Below are positions 29,896 to 39,941 of a stretch of 61,987 bases of DNA, piece after piece. The DNA lies in the NCBI GenBank assembly GCA_017397545.1, contig JAFQIK010000037.1, forward strand, positions 1 to 61,987, written 5' to 3'. The notes beneath the pieces are model-generated. The model made no database searches. It was not told the origin of the DNA and saw only the letters and a program-made list of their open reading frames with translations. Both the position numbers and the translations under genes were made by a program. The first letter of the stretch is position 1, and the number at the start of each line of letters is the position of its first letter. This stretch comes from Clostridia bacterium. Its GTDB lineage: Bacteria > Bacillota > Clostridia > TANB77 > CAG-508.

Positions 29896-29922
29896 GCGGG
29901 CGAGCATTGCTCGCCCCTATAG
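29896..29922. repeat. REP-like element
   Basis: GCGGGCGAGCATTGCTCGCCCCTATAG. Confidence 0.75.
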
Positions 29923-29945
29923 ATTTTCTGTAATTTTAATATATT

Positions 29946-31139
29946 CTAAACATTTGTATAGTTATCAAAATATCCTTGAATAAATACAACTGGTGTTCCT
30001 TTATCTCCACTTCCAGATGTTAAGTCACATAATGAACCTATTAAATCTGTTAATCTACGTGGTGTTGTTCCTTGTGATTCCATAGAACCTACTAAATTAT
30101 CGTTTTTATTTTTTATATACTCTTCTATTGCTGTTCTTAATTCTTCTCCTTTTAAATTAGCAAAATTGTTATCTGCAAGATATTTTAATTTTACTTCGTT
30201 TGGAGTTCCTTCTAATCCTTTAGTATAAGCTGGTGATACAACTGGATCCGCAAGCTCCCATATTTTCCCTACTGGATCTTTAAACGCTCCATCTCCATAA
30301 ACCATAACTTCTACATTTTTTCCTGTTCTTTTTAGCATTTCAGCTTGAAGACTTGTAACAAAACTTTCGCAATCCCTTGGGAATAGTTTAATTTTATCCT
30401 CTGTTGCTTTATTTGCTCCTAAAAGTCCGTATTGTTCGTTATATCCACTTCCATCTATTGAGCTTGTTAATATTTCGTCTAATCCTAAAACTACATTTGC
30501 ACCATTTTCTTTAAGTATTCTTTTTGTTCTTTTTCTTGTATGAATATCACATGTTAGTACATCTTTTGTATAGTCAAGTATTGTACGAGGATTGTTAGAA
30601 AATACTATTTCTACTTCTGCTCCTGCTTCTTTAATTATTTGGCTATAATAATCAACATAGTCTACTCCTGTAAATGGATGTTTATTTTCTCCAAATAATT
30701 CTCTATATTTTTCTAGTGTTAAAACATCAGAATATGGATTAACTCCTTTTTCATCCAACATATCTAAAGAAACAAGATGATTTCCAACTTCGTCTGAAGG
30801 ATAACTAAGCATTAAAACTACTTTTTTAACACCTTTTGCTATACCTCTTAAACAAATAGCAAAACGATTTCTACTTAATATTGGGAATATTACTCCAACT
30901 GTGTCGCTTGAAAATTTATTTTTTACATCTGCTGCAATATTTTCTATTGTAGCATAATTGTTTTGTGCTCTTGCAACAATAGCTTCTGTAGCTGCAATTA
31001 TATCTCTATCTCTTATTTCAAATTTTTCTTCTTCTGCTGCAGCAAGAACTGAATCAGCTATAATTTCTACTAAATCATCTCCACTACGAATAATTGGTGT
31101 ACGAATACCTCTAGATACTGTACCTACTGTTTTACTCAT
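29946..31139 (-). CDS. F420-0:gamma-glutamyl ligase-like (CofE-domain) protein
   Basis: 397-aa ORF; resemblance to the Clostridial CofE-like family recalled from memory, no search. Confidence 0.45.
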   Translation of the reverse strand: MSKTVGTVSRGIRTPIIRSGDDLVEIIADSVLAAAEEEKFEIRDRDIIAATEAIVARAQNNYATIENIAADVKNKFSSDTVGVIFPILSRNRFAICLRGIAKGVKKVVLMLSYPSDEVGNHLVSLDMLDEKGVNPYSDVLTLEKYRELFGENKHPFTGVDYVDYYSQIIKEAGAEVEIVFSNNPRTILDYTKDVLTCDIHTRKRTKRILKENGANVVLGLDEILTSSIDGSGYNEQYGLLGANKATEDKIKLFPRDCESFVTSLQAEMLKRTGKNVEVMVYGDGAFKDPVGKIWELADPVVSPAYTKGLEGTPNEVKLKYLADNNFANLKGEELRTAIEEYIKNKNDNLVGSMESQGTTPRRLTDLIGSLCDLTSGSGDKGTPVVFIQGYFDNYTNV

Positions 31140-31273
31140 AAAAAACCTCCATTCAAAGCTTTACACTTTAACATATATTTATTAACTTGATTTTACATCA
31201 CAAATAAATTATAATAGTAATATAACCATAAGTCAAATTACTATTTTTACTACCTGGTATAAGGAGGATTAAT

Positions 31274-32167
31274 ATGAATTTCAGAATAGAACAATACAGA
31301 ATTTTTAATGTTGTAGCAAATTGTCAAAGTTTTTCTAAAGCAGCTGAAACTTTATTTTTGACACAATCTGCTGTTAGTCAAGCTATAAAGCAATTAGAAT
31401 CTTCTATAAATATGACTTTATTTAAAAGAACTTCTAAAGGTATAGAATTAACAGAAGCGGGAAATATTTTATACAAATATACTTCTTCTGCAATGGAGCT
31501 TTTGGAAACAGGGCTTTTAAGACTTGAAGCATTAAAATCTTTAGATGATGGAGAATTAAAAATAGGAGCAAGTGATACAATTTCTTCTTATTTCCTATTA
31601 CCTCGTTTAGAAATGTTCCATAAATTATATCCTAACATTAAAATTAAAATAATAAATAGAGTAACTTCAGAAACCATAGATTTATTAAAAAGTGGTAAAA
31701 TTGATATTGCTTTTGTAAATTTACCAATTAAAGACGAATCGCTTGAAATTGTTAAATGTATGGCTGTTCATGACACTTTTGTTGCTGGTAATGATTACTT
31801 AGAATATAAAGAAAAAATATTTAGTCGTAAAGATATATCTAAATTACCTTTAATTTTACTAGAAAGTAAATCAAATTCAAGAAAATATGTTGATAAAATA
31901 TTTTTAAAATCTGGTCAAGTACTTACTGCTTCTGTTGAACTTGGCGCACATGAATTATTATTACAACTTGCAAAAATAAATCTTGGTGTTTCTTGTGTTG
32001 TAAAAGAGTTTTCTAAAGAATATTTAAAAAATGGTTCTGTATTTGAACTTAAACAAAAAAATCCTATCCCAGAAAGAGCTATAGGATATTGCTATTCAAA
32101 AAACCTTCATCTTACACCAAGCATGAAAGAATTTATTACATTTTTAAACACAAGCTTTACAAGCTAA
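31274..32167 (+). CDS. LysR family transcriptional regulator
   Basis: 297-aa ORF; N-terminal HTH FSKAAETLFLTQSAVSQAIKQLE; divergent from 29946..31139. Confidence 0.9.
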   Translation: MNFRIEQYRIFNVVANCQSFSKAAETLFLTQSAVSQAIKQLESSINMTLFKRTSKGIELTEAGNILYKYTSSAMELLETGLLRLEALKSLDDGELKIGASDTISSYFLLPRLEMFHKLYPNIKIKIINRVTSETIDLLKSGKIDIAFVNLPIKDESLEIVKCMAVHDTFVAGNDYLEYKEKIFSRKDISKLPLILLESKSNSRKYVDKIFLKSGQVLTASVELGAHELLLQLAKINLGVSCVVKEFSKEYLKNGSVFELKQKNPIPERAIGYCYSKNLHLTPSMKEFITFLNTSFTS

Positions 32168-32207
32168 TGAAAAAAAGTTCAAACTAAAATTAAAAATATA
32201 AACTAAT

Positions 32208-32365
32208 TGTAGGGGTCGCCACCATTCGGCGACTCGCGCTTTAAACAAAGACAATATTATCAATTATATTTTAGCATTTCTGTCAAGGCGGGGCACTGTA
32301 AACAGCGTTCCTTACATTCTATTTGGACATAAATTAATGAGCAAGCCCTTAGGCCTGCCCTTACA
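32208..32365. repeat. cluster of three REP-like elements (one good, two degenerate)
   Basis: TGTAGGGGTCGCCACCATTCGGCGACTCGCG; GGCGGGGCACTGTAAACAGCGTTCCTTACA; GAGCAAGCCCTTAGGCCTGCCCTTACA. Confidence 0.65.
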
Positions 32366-32404
32366 ATCAAAAATTAATTATTTTAGCTTAAAATATAATA
32401 TTTA

Positions 32405-33871
32405 TTAAAAATGTTTTCCACCTTTTGGTTTATTATCTTTATCTTCATTTGCTTCTGTTTCACTAATACTTTGTGTTTCTATATTTTCTGCTACCTGACT
32501 ATTATTTATTTCATTTACTTTTTTTAGTTTATCTAATAATACTTTATATTTTTTATAGTCTACTATAATGTATATAGATAACCCAATTAAAGCTACTATA
32601 CAAAGTGCTAATGCACCCATTATTATTTTTGTTTGATTTTGCGCATACCAAGCAGTTATTCCTGCTAATGTTCCATTAAACCAATTTGATATTCTTCCCA
32701 TTAGTGTTGGTGGTGCTGGTTCTTCTTCTTTATTAAAGCTAATTGCATATGTTTTTATTTCTTCTGATTCTTTTGTTTCTTCTCCTGTTGCGACATCACC
32801 TTCTACTGTTACAGGAATTTTTGCTATAATTGTTATAATGTTTTCTCCTGTTTTTAATTGTTCGTTTCCTTGTATATCTATTGTTGCTCCTTCTATATTA
32901 GCAATTGCTTCTATGTCTAATTTTTCTACCCAATACTCTAAATCTTGTAATTTATATTCATATATATCAAAACTAAATGTTGGGTTTAAAGGTAGTTCTA
33001 TTAATTCTCCATTTTGATTCGTATATTTTATTATAAGTGTATTTAAAGATAATGCTGGTCTTGACCTTGTTACTTTTATAATATAATCTGTTGTACTTCC
33101 ATCTTCTGCTTTTACTGTTATTGTAACAGTATTTTCTCCTTCTTTTAATTCTGTATTTCCTTCCACAATATAACTTGCTTTTTTATCTGTTGTTGTAGCA
33201 GCTACATTAACAGTATTTACTTCGTTTGGAACTGTTAATGTATATTCTTTAACATCTTTATTAAACTCTGGTGTAAGAACACCTTCTGCTACTGCAAGTG
33301 TTGCAAGTGAGCTATCTTTTGATTTTTCTTCTTCTTTAGTTGTTGTTTGGCTACTTGGTTTAGTTGTTGTTGTTGGTTTACTTGTTGAAGGCTTATTATT
33401 TGTTGATGGTTTATTTGTTGTTCCTCCAGAACTACTTCCACTTCCTGAAGTACTTCCCCCTGTGTTTGTTTGTGGGGGTTTAGTAACTTCTGGTTCTTTT
33501 ACTGTTATTGTAATTGATTTACTAACATTTTGTTTTTTTAAATCACTACCTGCTATTTGACCTGTTAAATAAATGGTATATGTTCCTGCAGAATTAGCAG
33601 AAAAAGTAGCATTTATAACATTTTTAGAAGTTTCTCCATCACTAGCATCTGTACTATCTGTAGTACCAGATAAACTTCCTCCACTTGCACTAATTTTTAA
33701 ATTCCATGTTTCTGTAGAATTTATAGATACAGATATATTTGTACTTTTTCCTTTTTCTATAGTTTTGTTTCCAGCTGATATACTTGCGCTTGCTGCACAT
33801 ACTATATTAGGAATTAATAATAACAATATTAAAACTATTAATCCAGTTGTAACTTTTGTAATTCTATTCAT
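32405..33871 (-). CDS. cell-surface protein with cadherin-like beta-sandwich domains, S/T/P/G-rich linker and C-terminal TM anchor
   Basis: signal peptide; LATLAVAEGVLTPEFNKDVKEYTLTVPNEVNTVNVAA...YIIKVTR repeat type. Confidence 0.7.
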   Translation of the reverse strand: MNRITKVTTGLIVLILLLLIPNIVCAASASISAGNKTIEKGKSTNISVSINSTETWNLKISASGGSLSGTTDSTDASDGETSKNVINATFSANSAGTYTIYLTGQIAGSDLKKQNVSKSITITVKEPEVTKPPQTNTGGSTSGSGSSSGGTTNKPSTNNKPSTSKPTTTTKPSSQTTTKEEEKSKDSSLATLAVAEGVLTPEFNKDVKEYTLTVPNEVNTVNVAATTTDKKASYIVEGNTELKEGENTVTITVKAEDGSTTDYIIKVTRSRPALSLNTLIIKYTNQNGELIELPLNPTFSFDIYEYKLQDLEYWVEKLDIEAIANIEGATIDIQGNEQLKTGENIITIIAKIPVTVEGDVATGEETKESEEIKTYAISFNKEEEPAPPTLMGRISNWFNGTLAGITAWYAQNQTKIIMGALALCIVALIGLSIYIIVDYKKYKVLLDKLKKVNEINNSQVAENIETQSISETEANEDKDNKPKGGKHF

Positions 33872-33886
33872 ATTTAAAAATCTCCT

Positions 33887-35593
33887 TTACTTTATAGTAA
33901 TTGCTTGTTTTTGAGATATATGTCTTTTTAATAATGCCATATCTATTATATCAATATCTGAAACATTTTCTTGTAGTATTCCAGCTTTAAGATATATTTC
34001 TGAAAGTTTTGCTCTTCCTGAAATATGTCTTTTAACTAAAGCCATATCTATTATATCTACTTCTCCATCTCCATTTACATCACCAAGTTTTACTACTGTA
34101 TATTTTTCTACTCCATCTATTTTTATTTTTGCTCCTGTTCCAACTAATGTATCTCCTGTTATTTCTGTTCCTTCACTATTTAATATAATAGCATTTTCAT
34201 ATTTTTCTTTTATTTTATCTACTGTTGTATTTGGTTCTGTTGTTATTATATTATTTTCATCTGGTTCTGAAAATCTATTATTTGTACTTGTATCTACATC
34301 TTTTTTATCTTCTGGTTCTATTAATGTTAATGGAACTAAATAAGTTTTACTATTGTCACTTGCTGCTCTTGCCATATATCCTTGTCCATAAGGTGTTATA
34401 ACTTTATCATAATAATATCCACCTGTTTTTGTTGTAGCTTTTTCTGTTCTTAAAATTATTTTGCTAGCATCTATGCTTAATATATGTTTTCCATCTGGTG
34501 CATCTTTTAATTTTAATGAATCATTTACATTTATATATACAAGTTCTCCATCCATTTGAGGCATATTTTTGTATAATGGAATTGTAAATACAAATTGATT
34601 ATTGTATATTCCATATTTTATGTATTTACTTCTCATTATTCTTCCTTCTGAATACGCTCCCCATACATTAGTCATATATTGATGTCCATATAAATTACTT
34701 GTATCAACTACATTAAATTTTTGAAAATATGTTGTACTTTGTCCTTTAGCAATATAGTCATCTTTTAAAAATTTTGAACCTTCTACTATAGCTTTGTACA
34801 TTGTTGTCCAACCTTTTTCCTTAGCATATTTTAACCCATTTTCTATTGTTCCCGCATCTTCTGTTGGATATGCACCTATATTAAATAAATTGTATACTCC
34901 TACATATTCTTTTTTTCCGTCTCCATTTATATCATAACCTTTTCCAAGTGATAAATCTGAACCTTCATTTGATTGTTCTTGTATTATCTTTGCTGTTATA
35001 AAATATGGATTTATATTGTATGTTGTTGCAGCATTCATTATTCCTTTTACGCAGTCTTCTCTATTGGCATCTGTATCCATAAAAGTACCACTAATCATTG
35101 CTCTTACAGCTGCTTCATCTCCATTTGATGAATTCAACTCTTGAAATTGAAATATATCGTATTCATTTAAAAAATTTCTTGGATCCATCATATATGAAAC
35201 AGCAGCATGTGATGCACATTTCCAACTTTCTCCATCATATGCTTTGTTACATGAACATCCCCAGTCTGAAGTATAATATCCTACTTGTACTAAATTCTTT
35301 CCGTGATTGCTTTCCTTAGATATAACCGTATTCCAATCTAAACCTGTTTCATATAAATTAATTGTCCATGTTGGATGATTTTTAACAAGTGTATTTATTA
35401 AAATTCTGTATCCTGGGTATAATGCATCAAAATTTGATGGTAAATTATTAGATGAATTAGTGTATGTATATGTTGCTCCATATGATATTATTTGTGTTTG
35501 CTTATTAAAGCTAAATAACGAATATATAATAACAAAAAGAATCAAAATACATAGAATTTTTTTATTAAATTGTAATGTTTTATTTCTTTGCAT
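33887..35593 (-). CDS. secreted N-acetylglucosaminidase-like (GH73-type) peptidoglycan hydrolase with C-terminal dockerin-type repeats
   Basis: signal/TM; FITAKIIQEQSNEG...YNLFNIGAY region; C-terminal duplicated GDVNGDGEVDIIDMALVKRHI / DIDIIDMALLKRHI. Confidence 0.65.
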   Translation of the reverse strand: MQRNKTLQFNKKILCILILFVIIYSLFSFNKQTQIISYGATYTYTNSSNNLPSNFDALYPGYRILINTLVKNHPTWTINLYETGLDWNTVISKESNHGKNLVQVGYYTSDWGCSCNKAYDGESWKCASHAAVSYMMDPRNFLNEYDIFQFQELNSSNGDEAAVRAMISGTFMDTDANREDCVKGIMNAATTYNINPYFITAKIIQEQSNEGSDLSLGKGYDINGDGKKEYVGVYNLFNIGAYPTEDAGTIENGLKYAKEKGWTTMYKAIVEGSKFLKDDYIAKGQSTTYFQKFNVVDTSNLYGHQYMTNVWGAYSEGRIMRSKYIKYGIYNNQFVFTIPLYKNMPQMDGELVYINVNDSLKLKDAPDGKHILSIDASKIILRTEKATTKTGGYYYDKVITPYGQGYMARAASDNSKTYLVPLTLIEPEDKKDVDTSTNNRFSEPDENNIITTEPNTTVDKIKEKYENAIILNSEGTEITGDTLVGTGAKIKIDGVEKYTVVKLGDVNGDGEVDIIDMALVKRHISGRAKLSEIYLKAGILQENVSDIDIIDMALLKRHISQKQAITIK

Positions 35594-35743
35594 TTTTATC
35601 TCCTCTTTCGTAATTTTTTGGTCTATTTTCTACATTTACAGTATATATTATTAAAAAATGCAAGTCAAGGTAAAATAAGAAAAAACGCTTGGTAATTTCA
35701 AGGAATTTTGGGAGGTTTTAGAGAATCAATTTTAAAATATAAA

Positions 35744-35840
35744 TTATAATTTGGCGGTGTGATGTGGGATGTGTGAGGTGTGCTTTTAAGGAGTGGCTTC
35801 GTAGGCTTTACCTTAATTTCACACTTCACACCTCACACTT
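35744..35840. repeat. GT-rich/CA-rich hairpin repeat (family copy 3)
   Basis: GGTGTGATGTGGGATGTGTGAGGTGTG .. TTTTAAGGAGTGGCTTCGTAGGC .. CACACTTCACACCTCACACTTCACACTTCCC. Confidence 0.75.
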
Positions 35841-35909
35841 CACACTTCCCTAACAAAAACAAAAGGATTAGAAAATTCTAACCCTTTTTGTAAGTACTTT
35901 ATGGATTTC

Positions 35910-36068
35910 TTAGCAACAACCTCTTCCACATCCACAACCACAGTTTGTAAATAGTAATAAGAATATTATTATAAAGAATAATATAGAGCAATCATCTCCA
36001 CATCCTCCAAATAATCCTCCTACACCATTATTATTGCATCCGCATCCGCAATTTCTTTCATCTGGCAT
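35910..36068 (-). CDS. 52-aa Cys/Gly-rich small membrane peptide
   Basis: AAGGAGGT RBS 8 nt before ATG; MPDERNCGCGCNNNGVGGLFGGCGDDCSILFFIIIFLLLFTNCGCGCGRGCC. Confidence 0.55.
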   Translation of the reverse strand: MPDERNCGCGCNNNGVGGLFGGCGDDCSILFFIIIFLLLFTNCGCGCGRGCC

Positions 36069-36149
36069 ATTTTTACCTCCTTAAATATATGTTATATGGT
36101 ATAGTATGCAAATTTTAAATTTTTGTTACACTTTTTAATTGTATAAAAA

Positions 36150-36187
36150 AAGACATCCTAAACAAATTTCTTTGTTTAGGATGTCTT
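36150..36187. terminator. perfect 17-bp stem hairpin, probably a bidirectional terminator
   Basis: AAGACATCCTAAACAAA tttc TTTGTTTAGGATGTCTT with flanking A and T runs. Confidence 0.7.
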
Positions 36188-36192
36188 TTCTC

Positions 36193-36294
36193 TTACTTAA
36201 GTACTATTCCACAAATAGCACAAAGAAGTAAGACGGCAAAAAACATGCAAATTGCAAATTTTGCACCAAATTCGCCCATTTTATCTTCCAGCAT
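36193..36294 (-). CDS. possible 33-aa hydrophobic peptide
   Basis: AGGGAGGA RBS; MLEDKMGEFGAKFAICMFFAVLLLCAICGIVLK. Confidence 0.3.
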   Translation of the reverse strand: MLEDKMGEFGAKFAICMFFAVLLLCAICGIVLK

Positions 36295-36437
36295 TAAGTT
36301 TTTCCTCCCTTGCTGGTTTTTTCAGTTGCTTTTTTCCCTAAAAAGATTTAAGGAATACATTGCCTTCCAATTAGAAAGCTCTATAAAAGCGACTGTTATT
36401 GGTTATTTTAACATATTTATCTTATTTTTGCAAATAA

Positions 36438-36463
36438 GGGCGGATATGGAATCCGCCCCTACA
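36438..36463. repeat. REP-like element just downstream of adhE
   Basis: GGGCGGATATGGAATCCGCCCCTACA. Confidence 0.8.
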
Positions 36464-36495
36464 TTATGTTTATCTTTAAAATTAGTTCGTAAATT

Positions 36496-39084
36496 TTATT
36501 CTCCATAATATGCTTTTTTGTATATTTCTTTTATTTCTTCAACTAATGGATAACGTGGATTTGCTCCTGTACATTGGTCATCATGTGCTCTTTCTGCTAA
36601 ACCTTGTAAGTTTGCCATAAATACATCCTCAGGTACTCCACAATCTTTTATAGACATTGGCATATCTAAGTCTCTCATTAATTGTCTTACTGCTTCTATT
36701 AAATTATTTACGCTTTCTTCATCAGAATTTCCTGCTACTCCAGCAAATTTTGCTGCTTTTGCATATTTTTTATCTGCTATAAAGTATTCGTATTTTGGAA
36801 ATGCTGCAAATTTTGTTGGTTTTTCTGCATTATATTTTATTACATATGGAAGTAATATTGCATTTGCTCTTCCGTGTGGTATATGGTATTCTCCACCTAA
36901 TTTATGAGCCATACTATGGTTTAATCCAAGGAATGCATTTGTAAATGCCATACCTGCTATACAGCTTGCATTATGCATTTTTTCTCTTGCTTCTATATCT
37001 TCTGCTCCATTATCGTATGCTCTTTTTAGGTAATCAAATACTATATCTATTGCTTGAAGCGCTAATCCATCTGTATAATCACTTGCCATATTAGATACAT
37101 AAGCTTCTAAAGCATGTGTTAGTACGTCCATACCTGTATCTGCTGTTGCACTTTTTGGAAGTGAAAGTACAAATTGTGGGTCAATTATTGCAACATCTGG
37201 TCTTAGTGCATAATCTGCTAAAGGATATTTTATATTTCCATTTTTTCTATCTGTTATAACAGAGAATGCTGTTACTTCGCTTCCTGTTCCTGAAGTTGTT
37301 GGAACAGCAACAAATTTTGCTTTATCTCCTAAGTTAGGGAATTTTACAACTCTTTTTCTTATATCCATAAATTTTTGTTTTAATCCATCAAATGTAGCTT
37401 CTGGATGTTCGTAGAATAGCCACATACCTTTTGCAGCATCTATAGCTGAACCTCCACCAATTGCAATAATTACATCTGGATTAAAGCTTTTCATTTCTTC
37501 TACACCACGCATTATTGTATCTACATCTGGATCTGGCTCTACATCTGAATATATTTTAGAATGGCAATATTGTTCTCTTTTTCTTAAATAATATAGTGCT
37601 TTATCTACATATCCTAATTTAACCATTGTTGGATCTGTTACTATAAATGCTCTTGATATATTGTTCATTTTTTCTAAATATTGTATTGCATTTTTTTCAA
37701 AATAAATTTTTGGTGGAATTTTAAACCATTGCATATTAACTCTCCTTTTTGCAATTTTTTTCTTGTTAATTAAGTTTTGTGTTGATACATTTGATGTTGT
37801 ACTATTTTTTCCATAAGAACCACAACCAAGTGTAAGTGATGGTGTGTTTGTATTATATATATCTCCTATTGCTCCTTGTGCTGATGGAGAATTAACAATA
37901 ATTCTTCCTACTTTCATTTGAGTTCCAAAGTTTTCTATAACTTCATCATCTTCACTATGGATTATTGCAGAATGTCCTAGTCCACCAAACTCTAACATTT
38001 TCTTACATTTATCAAATCCTTCTTCAGTACTATTTACAACAAAATACGCAAGTACTGGAGATAATTTTTCTCTAGATAATGGGTAATCTGCACCTACATC
38101 ATCTAACTTTGCTAATAATATTTTTGTTTTTTCTGGAACTGTTATTCCTGATTGCTCAGCTATCCATGATGCTGATTTTCCTACAACATTTGGATTTAGA
38201 GTTTGTTTTTCAGGATTTATAACATAGTCTGATACTTTTTTAATTTCTTCTTCATTTAAGAAATAACAATTATTTTCTTTCATGTATTGCTCAAATTCTT
38301 CTTGAATTTCTTTATCTACTACAACTGCTTGTTCAGATGCACATATCATACCATTATCAAATGTTTTTGAAAGCATTAAATCTGTACATGCTCTTTTTAC
38401 TTTTGCAGTTTTTTCTATATAACATGGTGCATTTCCTGGTCCAACTCCTAATGCTGGTTTACCACAGCTATATGCTGCTCTTACCATTCCAGAACCACCT
38501 GTAGCAAGTATTAATGATACTCCTGGATGATTCATTAATGCGCTTGTTGCTTCTATTGATGGGAATTCTATCCATTGAATACAGTTTTCTGGTGCTCCTG
38601 CTTTTATTGCAGCATCTCTTAAAACTTCTGCTGCTTTTACAGAACACTTTTGTGCTGATGGATGGAATCCAAATATTATAGGGTTTCTTGTTTTTGCACA
38701 AATTAAAGACTTAAACATTGTTGTAGATGTTGGGTTTGTAACAGGTGTTACACCTGCAATTACTCCTATTGGTTCTGCAACTTCTACATATCCTTCTAAT
38801 TCATTTTCCTTAACTATACCAACTGTTTTTTCATATTTAATAGAGTGCCAAATATATTCTGTTGAAAATATATTTTTTATAATTTTATCTTCATACACTC
38901 CTCTTCCTGTTTCTTCTACTGCTAATTTTGCAAGCTCTGTATGATTGTCAAGACCTGCAAGTGACATGTTATATACAATGTCGTTTATTTGTTTTTGGTC
39001 TAGCTTCATGTATTCTTCTAATGCTTTGTTAGCATTTTTTACTAGTTTGTCTATCATTTCTTGAATGTTTACTTCCTCACTCAT
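36496..39084 (-). CDS. adhE: bifunctional acetaldehyde-CoA/alcohol dehydrogenase
   Basis: 862-aa ORF; N-terminal ALDH domain and C-terminal iron-ADH domain ([18 protein letters not shown]). Confidence 0.95.
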   Translation of the reverse strand: MSEEVNIQEMIDKLVKNANKALEEYMKLDQKQINDIVYNMSLAGLDNHTELAKLAVEETGRGVYEDKIIKNIFSTEYIWHSIKYEKTVGIVKENELEGYVEVAEPIGVIAGVTPVTNPTSTTMFKSLICAKTRNPIIFGFHPSAQKCSVKAAEVLRDAAIKAGAPENCIQWIEFPSIEATSALMNHPGVSLILATGGSGMVRAAYSCGKPALGVGPGNAPCYIEKTAKVKRACTDLMLSKTFDNGMICASEQAVVVDKEIQEEFEQYMKENNCYFLNEEEIKKVSDYVINPEKQTLNPNVVGKSASWIAEQSGITVPEKTKILLAKLDDVGADYPLSREKLSPVLAYFVVNSTEEGFDKCKKMLEFGGLGHSAIIHSEDDEVIENFGTQMKVGRIIVNSPSAQGAIGDIYNTNTPSLTLGCGSYGKNSTTSNVSTQNLINKKKIAKRRVNMQWFKIPPKIYFEKNAIQYLEKMNNISRAFIVTDPTMVKLGYVDKALYYLRKREQYCHSKIYSDVEPDPDVDTIMRGVEEMKSFNPDVIIAIGGGSAIDAAKGMWLFYEHPEATFDGLKQKFMDIRKRVVKFPNLGDKAKFVAVPTTSGTGSEVTAFSVITDRKNGNIKYPLADYALRPDVAIIDPQFVLSLPKSATADTGMDVLTHALEAYVSNMASDYTDGLALQAIDIVFDYLKRAYDNGAEDIEAREKMHNASCIAGMAFTNAFLGLNHSMAHKLGGEYHIPHGRANAILLPYVIKYNAEKPTKFAAFPKYEYFIADKKYAKAAKFAGVAGNSDEESVNNLIEAVRQLMRDLDMPMSIKDCGVPEDVFMANLQGLAERAHDDQCTGANPRYPLVEEIKEIYKKAYYGE

Positions 39085-39219
39085 TTTTTACCTCCTAAAA
39101 TTTATTATGTGTGATTCAAAAGTAATTATATACGATTAGTTTATACTTTTCAATGAAATCTTGAAAAAAATAAATTTATATGTTACAGTTCAGACCAAAA
39201 CATAAAAATGTAGAGTTTC

Positions 39220-39322
39220 TGTAGGGGTCGCCGCCCTCGGCGACCCGTTCTTCGAAGACATTGCTATTAATATTTTTTTGTAAGGCTCTGTGAGAGGCGG
39301 GCGATTGCTAATCGCCCCTACG
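39220..39322. repeat. two REP-like elements
   Basis: TGTAGGGGTCGCCGCCCTCGGCGACCCG and TGTAAGGCTCTGTGAGAGGCGGGCGATTGCTAATCGCCCCTACG. Confidence 0.8.
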
Positions 39323-39423
39323 TTCACTCTACTATTTCCCATTAATTGCCGGACATTAACATTAGAAAATCAAATTGATTTAGTGAATAGTTAATAATGA
39401 ATAAATAATAATGAATAGTAAAA

Positions 39424-39452
39424 AAACGCCAAACTTTAAGTTTGACGTTTTT
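39424..39452 (-). terminator. hairpin + T-run after the tRNA-Tyr gene
   Basis: AACGCCAAACT tta AGTTTGACGTT flanked by A6/T6. Confidence 0.7.
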
Positions 39453-39765
39453 TGGTGGGCAGGGATGGATTCGAACCATCGTACTCGTATGAGAACAGAT
39501 TTCTTACTACTATAGTTTTCACTACCATTTTAAATGTTTGTAGTCTGGACTTTCTCTTCATCTTTTATAAGATGCCAGGTATAAAGTCTCTACACTCAAG
39601 AATTTCTTCTTTAGCTCGGGATTATCATCAGCTTTATCTGTTAAGACTTCCCCGAATTAGCCTAGTTTTCACCATACAATCACTTGTATGGGCTGCAATT
39701 TCTGATTTTTTGATTATAAATCAAAGCCTACAGTCTGCCGCCTTTAGCCACTCGGCCACCTACCC
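39453..39765 (-). tRNA. tRNA-Tyr (anticodon GTA), class II, interrupted in the anticodon loop by a group I intron
   Basis: exon 1 (39765..39730) GGGTAGGTGGCCGAGTGGCTAAAGGCGGCAGACTGT; exon 2 (39502..39453) AAATCTGTTCTCATACGAGTACGATGGTTCGAATCCATCCCTGCCCACCA; joined they give an 86-nt cloverleaf with loop CUGUAAA. Confidence 0.85.
39503..39729 (-). ncRNA. group I intron (IC3-like, tRNA type), 227 nt
   Basis: 5' exon ends in U and the intron ends in G; CTAATTCGGGGAAGTCTTAAC, TAATCCCGAGCTAAAG and GAGTGTAGAGACTTTA match the conserved cores of the Azoarcus/Anabaena tRNA introns (..AAUUCGGCGAAACCUAAG.., ..GGUGUAGAGACUA..). Confidence 0.75.
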
Positions 39766-39793
39766 ATATATTTATATTTAAAAAAATTTGCGT

Positions 39794-39870
39794 TGGTGCT
39801 CCCTCAAGGATTCGAACCTTGGACCCACCGGTTATGAGCCGGTTGCTCTGACCAACTGAGCTAAGGGAGC
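39794..39870 (-). tRNA. tRNA with CAT anticodon (elongator Met, or lysidine-type Ile2, which it resembles more)
   Basis: GCTCCCTTAGCTCAGTTGGTCAGAGCAACCGGCTCATAACCGGTGGGTCCAAGGTTCGAATCCTTGAGGGAGCACCA; G1-C72 pair argues against an initiator. Confidence 0.85.
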
Positions 39871-39941
39871 ATTTGTTCAACGCGAAATTTATTATAAGAT
39901 ATTTTTCGCGCCCTGTCAATACATTTTTTAAATTTTTTTAA

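Noticed and set aside
38468-38701. Same-strand out-of-frame ORFs inside adhE (38468..38701) and pdxK (2956..3144), and 1306..1539 overlapping the galK start
   Set aside because: They are embedded in or overlap confidently assigned genes, and 1306..1539 runs through the GT-rich repeat. There is no independent support.
39452-39919. ORF-track ORFs 39452..39781 (+) and 39728..39919 (-)
   Set aside because: They overlap the intron-containing tRNA-Tyr and the tRNA-CAT genes. Their translations are low complexity and there is no RBS.
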